A stretch of 64,000 nucleotides of DNA from NCBI RefSeq assembly GCF_963921235.1, contig NC_086097.1:195612001-195676000 (forward strand), written 5' to 3'. Below, piece by piece: positions 51,239-61,859 of this stretch (position 1 is the first letter of the stretch; every line of letters starts with the position of its first letter). Origin of the DNA: Mobula hypostoma. Lineage: Eukaryota. The translations under genes and the position numbers were made by a program. The notes beneath the pieces were generated by a model, which saw nothing but the letters and a program-made list of their open reading frames with translations, did no database searches and was not told the origin of the DNA.

Positions 51239-51645
51239 TAACCATATAACCATATAACAATTACAGCATGGAAACAGGTCATCTCGACCCTTCTAGTCCA
51301 TGCCAAACTCTTACTCTCACCTAATCCCACCGACCTGCACTCAGCCCATAACCCTTCATTCCTCTCCTGTCCATATAGCTATCCAATTTAACTTTAAATG
51401 ACACCATCGAACCTGCCTCAACTACTTCTGCTGGAAGCTCGTTCCACACATCTACCACTCTGAGTAAAGAAGTTCCCCCTCATGTTACCCCTCAACTTTT
51501 GCCCTTTAACTCTCAACTCATGTCCTCTTGTTTGAATCTCCCCCATTCTCAATGGAAAAAGCCTATCCACGTCAACTCTATCTATCCCCCTCATAATTTT
51601 AAATACCTCTATCAAGTCCCCCCTCAACCTGCTACACTCCAACGA
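51239..51645 (-). mobile_element. Young CR1 3' fragment inserted in the tail of another CR1
   Basis: Near-identical to 53765-54172; (TTATATGG)n tail. Confidence 0.9.
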
Positions 51646-51792
51646 ATGGTCTTATGGTCTTATAGTATAGAAACTATAGCTCATTTCATTGTTTCTGATT
51701 TGATACTCAATTTTCATCTGATTCAGTAAATTGGAAAGTGGGTTTAAAACTAGACAGAACCATAGTGGACAGAGAGTCACCTCGGAAAATGC

Positions 51793-51936
51793 AAACAAGA
51801 GGAAATCTGCAGATGCTGGAATTTCAAGCAACACAAACAAAAAGTGCTGGTGAACGCAGCAGGCCAGGCAGCATCTATAGGAAGAGGTACAGTCGATGTT
51901 TCGGGCTGAGGCCCCTCGTCAGGACTAACTCAAATT
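51793..51936 (-). mobile_element. Solo Penelope-like pseudo-LTR insertion in the R4 RT domain
   Basis: AATGC TSD at 51788-51792 / 51937-51941; removing the insert restores RGIFRGDS. Confidence 0.85.
51890..51927 (-). ncRNA. Minimal type-I hammerhead ribozyme motif
   Basis: TAGTC-CTGACGA-G-GGGC-CTCA-GCCC-GAAA-CATC-GACTG; core intact, stems I and II paired. Confidence 0.75.
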
Positions 51937-52439
51937 AATGCCTCAGTTCATTTTGATCATGATGGCTCTTCTTTTTTTGGTTGTTAATAGAAAGGGTGAT
52001 TATAGTATGCCAATGCTTCATCAGATGTTGAAGTAATTTCACAAGTATTGGGTGTAGTTCATGAGTGTGGGACAGAGTCAAACGCCTATTGGTAGTTAAT
52101 ATATCAACATGAAAGGTTTCTGCTTTTCCCGCAGGTTTGATTTAGAATTACGGATTCTATTATCAGTTGTTCTTTGAATCCTTTCATACCCTTTCTGCTT
52201 TTCTGTAAGTGTATTGTAGTTATCTGAACGACTGGTGATGAGTTGCGAGATACATGATGTTATAACTTTATATATAGTCTGTAAACTAGTAATAGGACTA
52301 TATTTTGATAGGTCTTTTGTGATTTTCCCTCTAGGTAAAAGATATACTTTACCTTCTGTCAAAAATTCAGGCACTTTTTCAGGATTTTTAAGAAAAATGT
52401 TGATATGCATTAATAGGTACTGATGAAGGCAAGTAAATT

Positions 52440-52674
52440 TTATTATTATTAGAAATCTATAAGAACATTTTTCTCAGCTCAAGCTGGTAAAACTTGAGCT
52501 ACGGGTATAGCCAAGCACACCCATTTCTAGGAACTTTCAGACTATTCTAGTGCTATTTAGTATTGTGGCTTTCTGAAAATATACGTAGATATTACTGTGT
52601 AGCCCTAATTGTTTAATGCTATTGTGTCGTGCCTTTGGGATGACACCCATTGTAGATATTACTATCGGGACAAT
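52440..52674 (-). mobile_element. Second R4/Dong LINE 3' end
   Basis: IVPIVISTMGVIPK..FQKATILNSTRIV; homologous to 49320-49545; lies next to TATTATTATT. Confidence 0.85.
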
Positions 52675-53000
52675 GCATGTGGCCAAGTGGTTAAGGCATT
52701 GGTCTAGTGATTTGAAGGTCACTAGAGCCTTGGCTATGGCAGCGTGTGCGTCCTTGAGCAAGGCACTTAACCACACATTGCTCTGCGACGACACCAGTGC
52801 CAAGCTGTATGGGTCCTAATGCCTTTCCCTTGGACCACATCGGTGGCGTGGAGAGGGGAGACTTGCAGCATGGACAACTGCTGGTCTTCCACACAACCTT
52901 GCACAGGCCTGCGCCCTGGAAACCTTCCAAGGTGCAAATCCATGGTCTCATGAGACTAACGGATGCCTATTATTTGTATTTTATTATTATTATTATTATT
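52675..53000 (+). mobile_element. tRNA-derived CORE-like SINE, second copy, with (TTA)n tail
   Basis: Aligns with 34306-34587. Confidence 0.85.
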
Positions 53001-53004
53001 GACA

Positions 53005-53338
53005 GTGGTATAGACAGGCTAAATGTAGCAGACTTTTTCCACTGAGGTTGTGTGAAAAGTCATGGGTTAAGGGTGAAAGATGAAATGTTTAAGGGAAACA
53101 TGAGGGAAACTTCTTTGCTCAGAGGTTAGTGAAAATGTGGAATGACCTGCCAGTGGAAGTGGTGGATAGGAGTTTGACTTCAGCATTTAAGATAAGTTTG
53201 GTTAAGTATGTGAATATAAGGAGCATGGAGGGCTATGGTTTAGATGCAGGGCAATAGGACTAGGCTGAATAAGAGGTCAGCACAGACTAGATTGGCTGAA
53301 GGGCCTGTTTCTGTACTGTAGTACTCTACGACTCTATG
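53005..53338 (+). mobile_element. CR1 3' fragment
   Basis: GNFFAQRLVKMWNDLP; ACTCTACGACTCTATG tail. Confidence 0.8.
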
Positions 53339-53764
53339 AAGGCAGCTCCGTAGTAAAGAGGGAGCTCCAGACTTTAAATCCAGTGATGACAAAAGGCAAG
53401 TAATACATCTTCAGGCCAAGATATGTGATATGTAGAGAGAAATCTACAGATGATAGTGTTCTCACACTTTGGCCAGGAGGAACCATCCTCAAAGCTTTTC
53501 CAAAGATTAAATCTCCATCTTGAAATGTGAAATAAGCAAAACATATGAAAGCTTAGTTTCTATAGGTAACTGGTGACAGAGCTCTTGCTCGCTACAGGCA
53601 AGCCAAATGCAAGTTCAATGCTTGCTGCCTGCAGATATGAACTTAGCCAACTTGACATGCCTGACAACAGCAACTTACATAAGTACAGTATATGACAGTA
53701 TGCAACTCACTACTATCTCTAGAACTCTGCACATGCTCCATTTATCCAAAGAATATCAGTTTCA

Positions 53765-55045
53765 TATAACCATGTAACCATATAACAATTACAGCACAGA
53801 ACCAGGCCATCTCAGCCCTTCTAGTCCGTGCCGAACTCTTACTCTCACCTAGTCCCACCGACCTGCACTCAGCCCATAACCCTTCATTCCTCTCCTGTCC
53901 ATATATCTATCCAATTTAACTTTAAATGGCAACATCAAACTTGCCTCAACCACTTCTGCTGGAAGCTTGTTCCACACAGCTACCACTCTCTGAGTAAAGA
54001 AGTTCCCCCTCATGTTACCCCTAAACTTTTGCCCTTTAACTCTCAACTCATGTCCTCTTGTTTGAATCTCCCCCATTCTCAATGGAAAAAGCCTATCCAC
54101 GTCAACTCTATCAATCCCCTTCATAATTTTAAACACCTCTATCAAGTCCCCCCTCAAACTTCTACACTCCAAAGAAGAAAGACCTAACTTGTTCAACCTT
54201 TCTCTGTAACTTAGGAGATGAAACCCAGGCAACATTTTAGTAAATCTCCTCTGTACTCTCTCAATTATATTGACAACTTTCCTATAATTCGGTGACCAGA
54301 ACTGTACACAATACTCCAACTTTGTCCTTACCAATGCCTTATACAATTTTAACAATACATCCCAACTCCTATACTCAATGCTCTGATTAATAAAGGCCAG
54401 CATACCAAAAGCCTTCTTCACCACCCTATCCACATGAGATTCCACCTTCAGGGAACTCTGCACCATTATTCCTAGATCCCTCTATTCTACAGAATTCTTC
54501 AATGCATTACCATTTACCATGTATGTCCTATTTTGATTAGTTCTACCAAAATGTAGCACCTCACATTTTTCAGCATTAAACTCCATCTGCCATCTTTCAG
54601 CCCACTCTTCTAACTGGCCTAAATCTCTTTGCAAGCTTTGAAAACCTACTTCATTATCCACAACGCCACCTATCTTTGTACCATCTACATACTTACTAAT
54701 CCAATTTACCACCCCATCATCCAGATCATTAATATATATGACAACAACATTGGACCCAGTACGGATCCCTGAGGCACACCGCTACACACCGTTCTCCAAT
54801 CTGACATACAGTTATCCACCACTACTCCCTGGCGTCTCCCATCCAGCCACTGCTGAATCCATTTTACTACTTTGATATTAATGCCTAACGATTGAACCTT
54901 CCTAACTAACCTTCTGTGTGGAACCTTGTCAAAGGCCTTACTGAAGTCCATATAGACGACACCCATCGCTTTACCCTCGTCAACTTTCCTAGTAACCTCA
55001 TCAAAAAATTCAATAAGATTTGTCAAACATGACCTTCCACGCACT
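53765..55045 (-). mobile_element. Young CR1 RT/3' fragment
   Basis: ORFs 53849-54466, 54482-54712 and 54706-55098 (DFSKAFDKVPH, GVPQGSVLGP). Confidence 0.93.
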
Positions 55046-55059
55046 TGACCTTTCATGGG

Positions 55060-55460
55060 CATAGACAAGTCTCCCAGAGCCATGGGGAGTGATAGCACCC
55101 TGGTGCTCCTGTCCCCAAATGTGAGTTACACACATGAACATTCTTGAACATCCAGAAAAGTGTGACCAGTAACAGATAATCCTTATGGTCAGTGATGTAC
55201 GTTCAGGAAACATGCATGATGCGTTCATTCTGAGACAATTTGACAGGTCGATCGTAGTTTAGCTGCGACAACATTCAGATGGGTCTTTTGGAGCCCAAAT
55301 GCTAACTCCTTTATCCACAGCCAATGAAACACAAGGAACTCAGCCCAGAAAGTCACTGTGGTCCTCAAGATGTAATTGTGCTATCAGACTTTATAGCAAT
55401 CTGCATAGAGGTTCTCATGCTTTGTTGTCCCCAGACTTGCTACATAATCACATTTCAGGT
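55060..55460 (+). mobile_element. PIF/Harbinger transposase (HARBI1-like nuclease) relic
   Basis: CDQ*QIILMVSDVRSGNMHDAFILRQF at about 55161-55241 matches the Harbinger 'CD...PGS.HDAFILR' block. Confidence 0.6.
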
Positions 55461-57184
55461 CCTTTCTCAATGCACTGCATCACAAGGAGAAAGAGAAACA
55501 TGGTTGCAGTTGTTAATGATGAGAAATTATCTTTAGATGTGCTATCTTTCTGCACTTTAGAGCTTTAAGGTACATGCCACTATATCAGGACATAAACTGA
55601 AAGGTTGTGTACAGCCAAATGTAACCATACCTTGTTACTATTTAAACCACCTCACTCTAGCACATGGCAAAGACCATCCACACATTTCTCCTTGATTATT
55701 GGTACCATAACATAATTATCCTGGAGTTAACCATTGGTCTGAATTTACCTATGCTAAGTTACTAGTGCTGAACTATCTGCATGAATCAAGTCAGTATTGT
55801 CAGAGATTCTCCTCAACTCCAAAGCCACTGAATAATACTTCATGCACTAGACCCCTGAGAATGACATTTAGATTCATCTTCTGAGAATATCACACACAAT
55901 AACTCCAGCATCCCAGACAACCCTGACCCATTATAATTCACCAACCACCAAAATACGTCTAAGGTTGATGCCATCTACCTGGCCTTATACTCATCTCCGG
56001 AGTATCCAGACAGGAAAGACACCTACATAAGATTGTTCTTTATTAACTAAACCTTTGCCTTCAATACATTCTCAGATTCCTAGACTTGTGACTCAATTCC
56101 TCCCGTTGCAACTGAATCCTTGATTACCTGACCAACAGACCATTATCAGTAAGGATATACTTTGGCTTTGACAAGTGTTTCACTGTACCTTGGTGAATGG
56201 AAGGGAGAATGGGTCAGGACAAGATTGAACCCTTTGTGCTGAACCACAAAGGGTTCAGCATTGAATCATGGCAGATCAATGAGATTGTAAATCAAAAGTA
56301 GACGCCCATGTTCACCCATTTAGCACTAATGCCGTCATACTGGGGCTAGAAGACCTACAAGCATCATCAGCAGGGGAGATGACTTTTACTTCAGGGCTAA
56401 CAGAAGTACAAACTGTGCTTGATACTAGGCAAATACTGATTTTGAAAAACAACTCGAAAATATTAAAACAAAGAGGCATTACAAGTATATAGGCTTCTAA
56501 CTAACAATCGCAGTAGCAATATTAGTTCTTCTTTTCATTTGGCTGCAAGAGCATGAAGAAGTTATTCCTCTCTTAGGACACCATCAAAACATGGTACAAA
56601 TATAATTGCAAATTTATCCTAAAAGCCTACATCAAAATCCCTCCAAACAAGTTTCTGCCACAAACATATTGCAAAATTGACTCAGACAAAGTCCTTTGGT
56701 CCTTTGCATCCTTGTTCAATGCCAATTCATTGTCTCACCTATCCCTATTTCTATAAACTATTCCAACAACACAACCCTCCACCTGATATCTCTTACTCCA
56801 TTTGTTAGCAAACCGTTCTTTAGCCAATAAGTTTCTATGCTCTAAAAGTCACTCGCATAGTGTGTCTGACTCTTTAAAACTTATTTATTTACCAAATTAT
56901 TGATCACTGGCCCTCATATCACCTCCCCTTCTTTAATGACAAAATTTCTTCATGTGACTGTTATCAGAAAAATTTGTGATACTTTAATATGTCAAAGGCA
57001 TTATGTTACTACCAATAATTTTTGCCAGTGCTCCAAAATTCCTACCTGCTAATTAGCCTATGTAGTTTACATTCATTTTGCTTATAACATTTAATTTTTA
57101 AAAGCTGATAATATTGAACTTGGAAAAGTTCATGGATAAAATTTTAACAAGTCATTCTGTCTCCCACTTGAATGAATGAATTAT

Positions 57185-58073
57185 GGTATATACCCATGAC
57201 TGTGTGGCTAGGCATAGCTCAAATTTCATCTGTAACTTTGGTGATGATACAATCATTGTTGGTAAAATCTCAGATGGTGACGAGTGGGCATACAGGAGCA
57301 AAAAATACCAACTAGTGGAGTGGTGTTACAGCGACAACCTGGCACTCAACATCAGTAAGACAAAAGAGCTGATTGTGGACTTCAGGAAGGGTAAGACGAA
57401 GGAACATATACCAATCCTCTTATAGGGATCTCTGAGGACCTAACCTGGTCCCAACATATCGATGCAGTTATAAAAAAGGCAAGACAGCGTCTATACTTCA
57501 TTAAGAGCTTGAAGAGGTTTGGTATGTCAAGTACACACAAAAACCTCTATAGATGTACTGTGGAGAGCATTCTGACAGGCTACATCACTGTCTGGTATGG
57601 AGGGGCTACTGCACAGGACCAAAAGAAGCTACAGAGTGTTGTAAATTCAGTCGACTCCATCTTGGGTACTAGCCTGCAAAGTACCCAGGTCACCTTCAAG
57701 GAGCGGTGTCTCAGAAAGGCAGTGTCCATTATTAAGGACCTCCAACACCCAGGGCATGCCCTTTTGTCACTGTTACCATCAGGGAGGAGGTACAGAAGCC
57801 TAAAGGCGCACACTCAGCGATTCAGGAACAGCTTCTTCCCCTCCATCATCTGATTCCTAAATGGACATTGAATCCTTGAACAGTACCTCATTTTTTAAAT
57901 ATATATTATTTCTGTTTTTGCATGATTTTTAATCTATTCAATATACATATACTGTAATTGATTTATTTATTATTATTACTTCTTCTATATTATGTATTGC
58001 ATTGAACTGCTGCTGCTAATTTAACAAATTTCATGACACATGCCTGTGATAATAAACCTGATTCTGATTCTGA
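57185..58073 (+). mobile_element. Rex1/Babar RT C-terminus plus 3' end
   Basis: YTHDCVA..FGDDTIIVG..LNISKTKELIVDFRK; GATAATAAACCTGATTCTGATTCTGA tail. Confidence 0.92.
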
Positions 58074-58216
58074 TCAATGAAGCAAGAATTTCAATTCTTG
58101 TGTACATTTTAAGTCAAGTAGTATCATAGGAAAAGTTGTTGATTTAGTACAGTGTGTGTATATAAGTTGAGATACGTTCTGTTTTGAGTTGGAGTTTGTA
58201 ACTAATCAGTAAGGAG

Positions 58217-58444
58217 TGTTGTATATTTAATATTTCAGTAATATTTGAGTAATATTGAAAATATGTTGTTCGATTAAACATTTTTGTTTGTTTAAATAAT
58301 TCATTAGGGGTCCTACGCCATGATGCCACTATGTCATATGTAAGCACCTCGCTTAGAGTAAAAAACAGAACTAAGACACATTCTCCTGGGCTCCCATCCT
58401 TTTCATGCAATTAGCTTTGTGTTTTTGAGTTACAAAACATAACA
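58217..58444 (+). mobile_element. Probable Gypsy-type 3' LTR with adjoining internal remnant from about 58130
   Basis: Starts TGTTG and ends TAACA (inverted termini); preceded by purine-rich AGTAAGGAG. Confidence 0.55.
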
Positions 58445-58671
58445 GGTGATAGGAGAGGCCATTTACCACAAAAGACTCATAAGCACTGCAATTTAAACAA
58501 CCTGTTCTATACATAGAAATCTGATAATTGCAGCTTGGTATTTTCAATCCCTATTTTTAACAATGAAGACTTATTTCCGACTTTTGAGAAGGTTGTCTGA
58601 ATCCTCATTGATTTTTGCTGTGTTTCAACACTTGGAATCATAGAGGAATCATAGATGGAAACATTATCTTT

Positions 58672-58819
58672 AACAAACAAGAGAAAATCTGCAGATGCTG
58701 GAAATCTGAGCAACACACACAAAATACTGGAGGAACTCAGTATTTTGAGTTGGCCAGGCAGCATCTATGGTAAAAAGTAGAGTCGACATTTTGGGCCGAA
58801 ACGCTTCAACAGGACTGGG
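58672..58819 (-). mobile_element. Solo Penelope-like pseudo-LTR with degenerate hammerhead (58781-58817)
   Basis: TTATCTTT TSD at 58664-58671 / 58820-58827; CAGTC-CTGTTGA-AGCGTTTCGGCCC-AAAA-TGTC-GACT. Confidence 0.85.
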
Positions 58820-59991
58820 TTATCTTTGAGGCTGGAAGACAGGGGAATACAAGAACCCCTGCTGCCCACTTCCTGAAGTCTGACTGTTGCCCTACTTCTC
58901 CCTCTTCTGCAATCTGTTCCAGTTCTTGCCTGGGAGAAGATACAGGAAGTAGGCAAAATGCAGATCTTCAGAGAGTTGTCAGCAGGATTTCCTGCTTCTT
59001 TAAACAGTGAGCCACTTATAATCAACAATGATTTGTGAGGACTGGATACAAAGGTGACTCATGTAACGTTCCGTTATATTGGCTCGTTATATTAAATTTA
59101 ACAAAAAAAGAAAGACCCCATACACTTTACACTCATTTGGGAAACTGATGAGCCTTCCCAAAAGTATCAGCTTTCACTTGCCCATTGTTCACTCAATATT
59201 GACCAGAGTTATAATCTAATTCAGTTTCCCATTTTCTTCTAAACTTCTCAAAATCTCTTCTCTGCAAAACTTTATTACTCATCTTTTGCAAATCTACTTA
59301 CAAAGTTTTGAAATTTTACACTATGAATATTCCTTCAAAGGTAGGCAGATGAAAATTGAGTTTGAGTAAGTAACTTCCATTTTTTTTCAAACACATCTTC
59401 AAAAACTAAAATAATTTGCAGGTTTTAACTGAAAAAGTTATTTACCACTATTTTATTTCTTTGAATCTGAAATGGTATTCATTTTAATCCATATTACAGA
59501 TCCACTTATACCAATTGTGATGTTATTAAATTTTAAAACACTATTATCCATATTCTGAAGATTAAATTTTCCCTTTGGCACAAAGGTGCACAATTTAAAA
59601 TGGTGCAATAGAATGTTTATATTGGAATAATGGTGAGAATCTCATGGAAGGGGACTTGCATTGACTTTCTTTTTGCCAGTGGCACTCCAGCTACAGTTGG
59701 CATATCATTTGTCTTTTATTTACTGTCTCATTCCCTTTTTCCAATCAACAAACAACTCTGCAGCAGAAACTTGAAGCTGGTAAATTGTACTCTGTACACT
59801 CATTCACATTTGAAGCTCTGATATGGCGTTGTAAATGGCCAAAATAAATTATCAACACAGCACCAATGAGAATATCAGACGGAAATGCTGTTTTCCTCTT
59901 GAACACTCATCACAACGTTTTCCTAGTATATAGCTTCTTCTGAGACTATTTGACCACATATGTAATTACAGGCGTCACTCAACCTGTAAAA

Positions 59992-60527
59992 ATTAGATTA
60001 GATTATTAGATTATGAGGACACGCAGTCCTCCTTTATTGTCATTTAGTAATGCATGCATTATGATACAATATTCCTCCAGTGTGATAGCACAGAGACACA
60101 GGACAGACCAAGACTGAAAAACTGACAAAAACCACATAATTATAACATATAGCTACAACAGTGCAAAACAATACCATAACTTGATGAAGAACAGACCTTG
60201 GGCACGGTAAAAAAAGTTCAAAGTCTCTCAAAAGTCTCACATCTCACGCAGATGGGAGAAGGAAGAAAACTCTCCCTGCTATGCCTGACCACAGTCCGAC
60301 TTTGGGTCGTCTGAAAACTTCGAGCCTCCGACCAGCCCTCCGACACCGAGCACCATCTCTGCCAAGCGCTTCGACCCCAGCCCTGGCCGCCAGCAGCAGG
60401 CAAAGCTGAGGATTTTGGGGCCTTCTCTCCGGAGATTCTCAATCACATAGTAGCAGCAGCAGCGAACCGGACATATCAGAAGTTTCTCCAGATGTTCCTC
60501 TGTGCTTCTCACGTCTGTCTCCATCAA
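59992..60527 (-). mobile_element. 5'-truncated second copy of the non-coding element at 17041-17720
   Basis: Direct alignment; (AATCT)n tail. Confidence 0.85.
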
Positions 60528-60714
60528 AATGTATTAACTTTCAGGTCAGCTGAGGTATACAATTCTTCCTCATTGCTGGACTGAAAACCATGTTTATTTT
60601 ATCAAAGATTCAGTTTTAAAAGTTTGTTTTGAACAAAATAGTTCATCTTTGCATTACATATGAAGATATTCATTGCACATAAATGAGTTAGGACAACAAA
60701 AAAAATTAGTACAA

Positions 60715-61050
60715 GAAGAAAGTTTCTAGGTAAACTAATGGAAATGAAATCCATCAAGTCCTCTGGAGTGATGGTTTACAAAGTAGGGTCTTAAAGAAAG
60801 TCGCTGCAAATATTGTGGTTACATTGTGATCTTCCAAAATTCTATACGTTCTGGAAAGATGGCAGTAGATGGACACAGCACCAAAATAACATTCTAGTTC
60901 AAGAAAGGAGGGAGACAAAAAGTAGAACAATATAGCATAATGGGAAGCTGCTACAATTTGTCATTAAGGAAATTGCAGTACAACATTTAAAAAAAGTCGT
61001 AGTACACCATAGCAGAGTCAATATGGTTTTATGAAAGGAAAATTATGATC
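60715..61050 (+). mobile_element. Old CR1 RT relic
   Basis: KSSGxDGLQSRVLKKVA, FKKGGRQK and QYGFMKGK remnants. Confidence 0.65.
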
Positions 61051-61124
61051 ATGCATGATTATTACTGTTGCTCCATTTGTCCACACAAAGCTGATTAATT
61101 TTGAAGCAAAGAACACATGATCAT

Positions 61125-61608
61125 CTCAAGTCAAGTTCAGTTTATTGTCATTCAATCGTACATATGTACACCAATGTGCACAACACAGTACATAGAACTC
61201 ACACAACACATAAAGTAATATTATCACAAATAAATGAATAATAAGGCACATTTATAACACAAGTTCAAAAGTAAACAGTACAACACAACAGGCACACCAT
61301 ATGTGATAAAACCTAGGTTGTGGCAGGGTGTTTAGTAGTCTCATGGCCTGGGGGAAGAAGTTGTTTCCCATCCTACCGGTCTTTATCCTAATGCTTCTGT
61401 ACCTCCTGCCTGATGGTAGTGGGGGGGTTGGGGGGGTGATCAAAGAGATTGTTGGGGAGATGGGAAGGATCATCGTCAATTCTAAACGTCCTGTGTATGC
61501 AGTTTTCCTGATAACTACCTCTGATGAGTGGAAGAGAGATCCCAATGATCTTCTCAGCAGTCCCTGAAATGCTTTGTAGAGACTTCTGGCCAGATGCCTT
61601 GCAATTCA
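61125..61608 (-). mobile_element. Rex1/Babar 3' fragment
   Basis: LPSGRRYRSIRIKTGRMGNNFFPQAMRLLN; TGACAATAAACTGAACTTGACTTGA tail. Confidence 0.85.
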
Positions 61609-61859
61609 AATAGAACTAACTTCAAATAGTAACTAAACGCTACTCCTAGAGTGTTCAGATGGCCTATTGATAAGAGACTATTTCAAAAATACTTAAATAG
61701 ATTTATCCATTTTGACGTCCATAACATTATGTCGTTGTATCACTGACATAAGAAGACATAAGAATCTGCAGAAGCTGTGATCTAGAAGGGAAAACAAACT
61801 GCTAGAGGACTTCAGTAGATCATGCACCTATGGAGGCAAAGGGATAGCAGATATTCCAT

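Larger units (their letters stand above)
49320..52435 (-). mobile_element. R4/Dong-clade LINE (RT, CCHC knuckle, restriction-like endonuclease), fragmented by three later insertions
   Basis: KYSPITSLQTIYK (52.27 kb), GIFRGDSL / LWFCLVLNPLS (51.7-51.94 kb), YMDDLKLYA (50.86 kb), CQEKPETIQHITGSC, HRHNQ, NQRDLII..IDIAIP, LQKATILNITRIV. Confidence 0.85.

Noticed and set aside
51239..54172. Local segmental duplication (51239-51645 versus 53765-54172)
   Set aside because: Similarity is confined to the CR1 3' end; independent insertions of a young subfamily explain it
59880..59990. Minus-strand acceptor TTTTTACAG|G followed by LSDACNYICGQIVSEEAIY*
   Set aside because: The upstream tract is formed by an adjacent retroposon tail and the peptide is unrecognised
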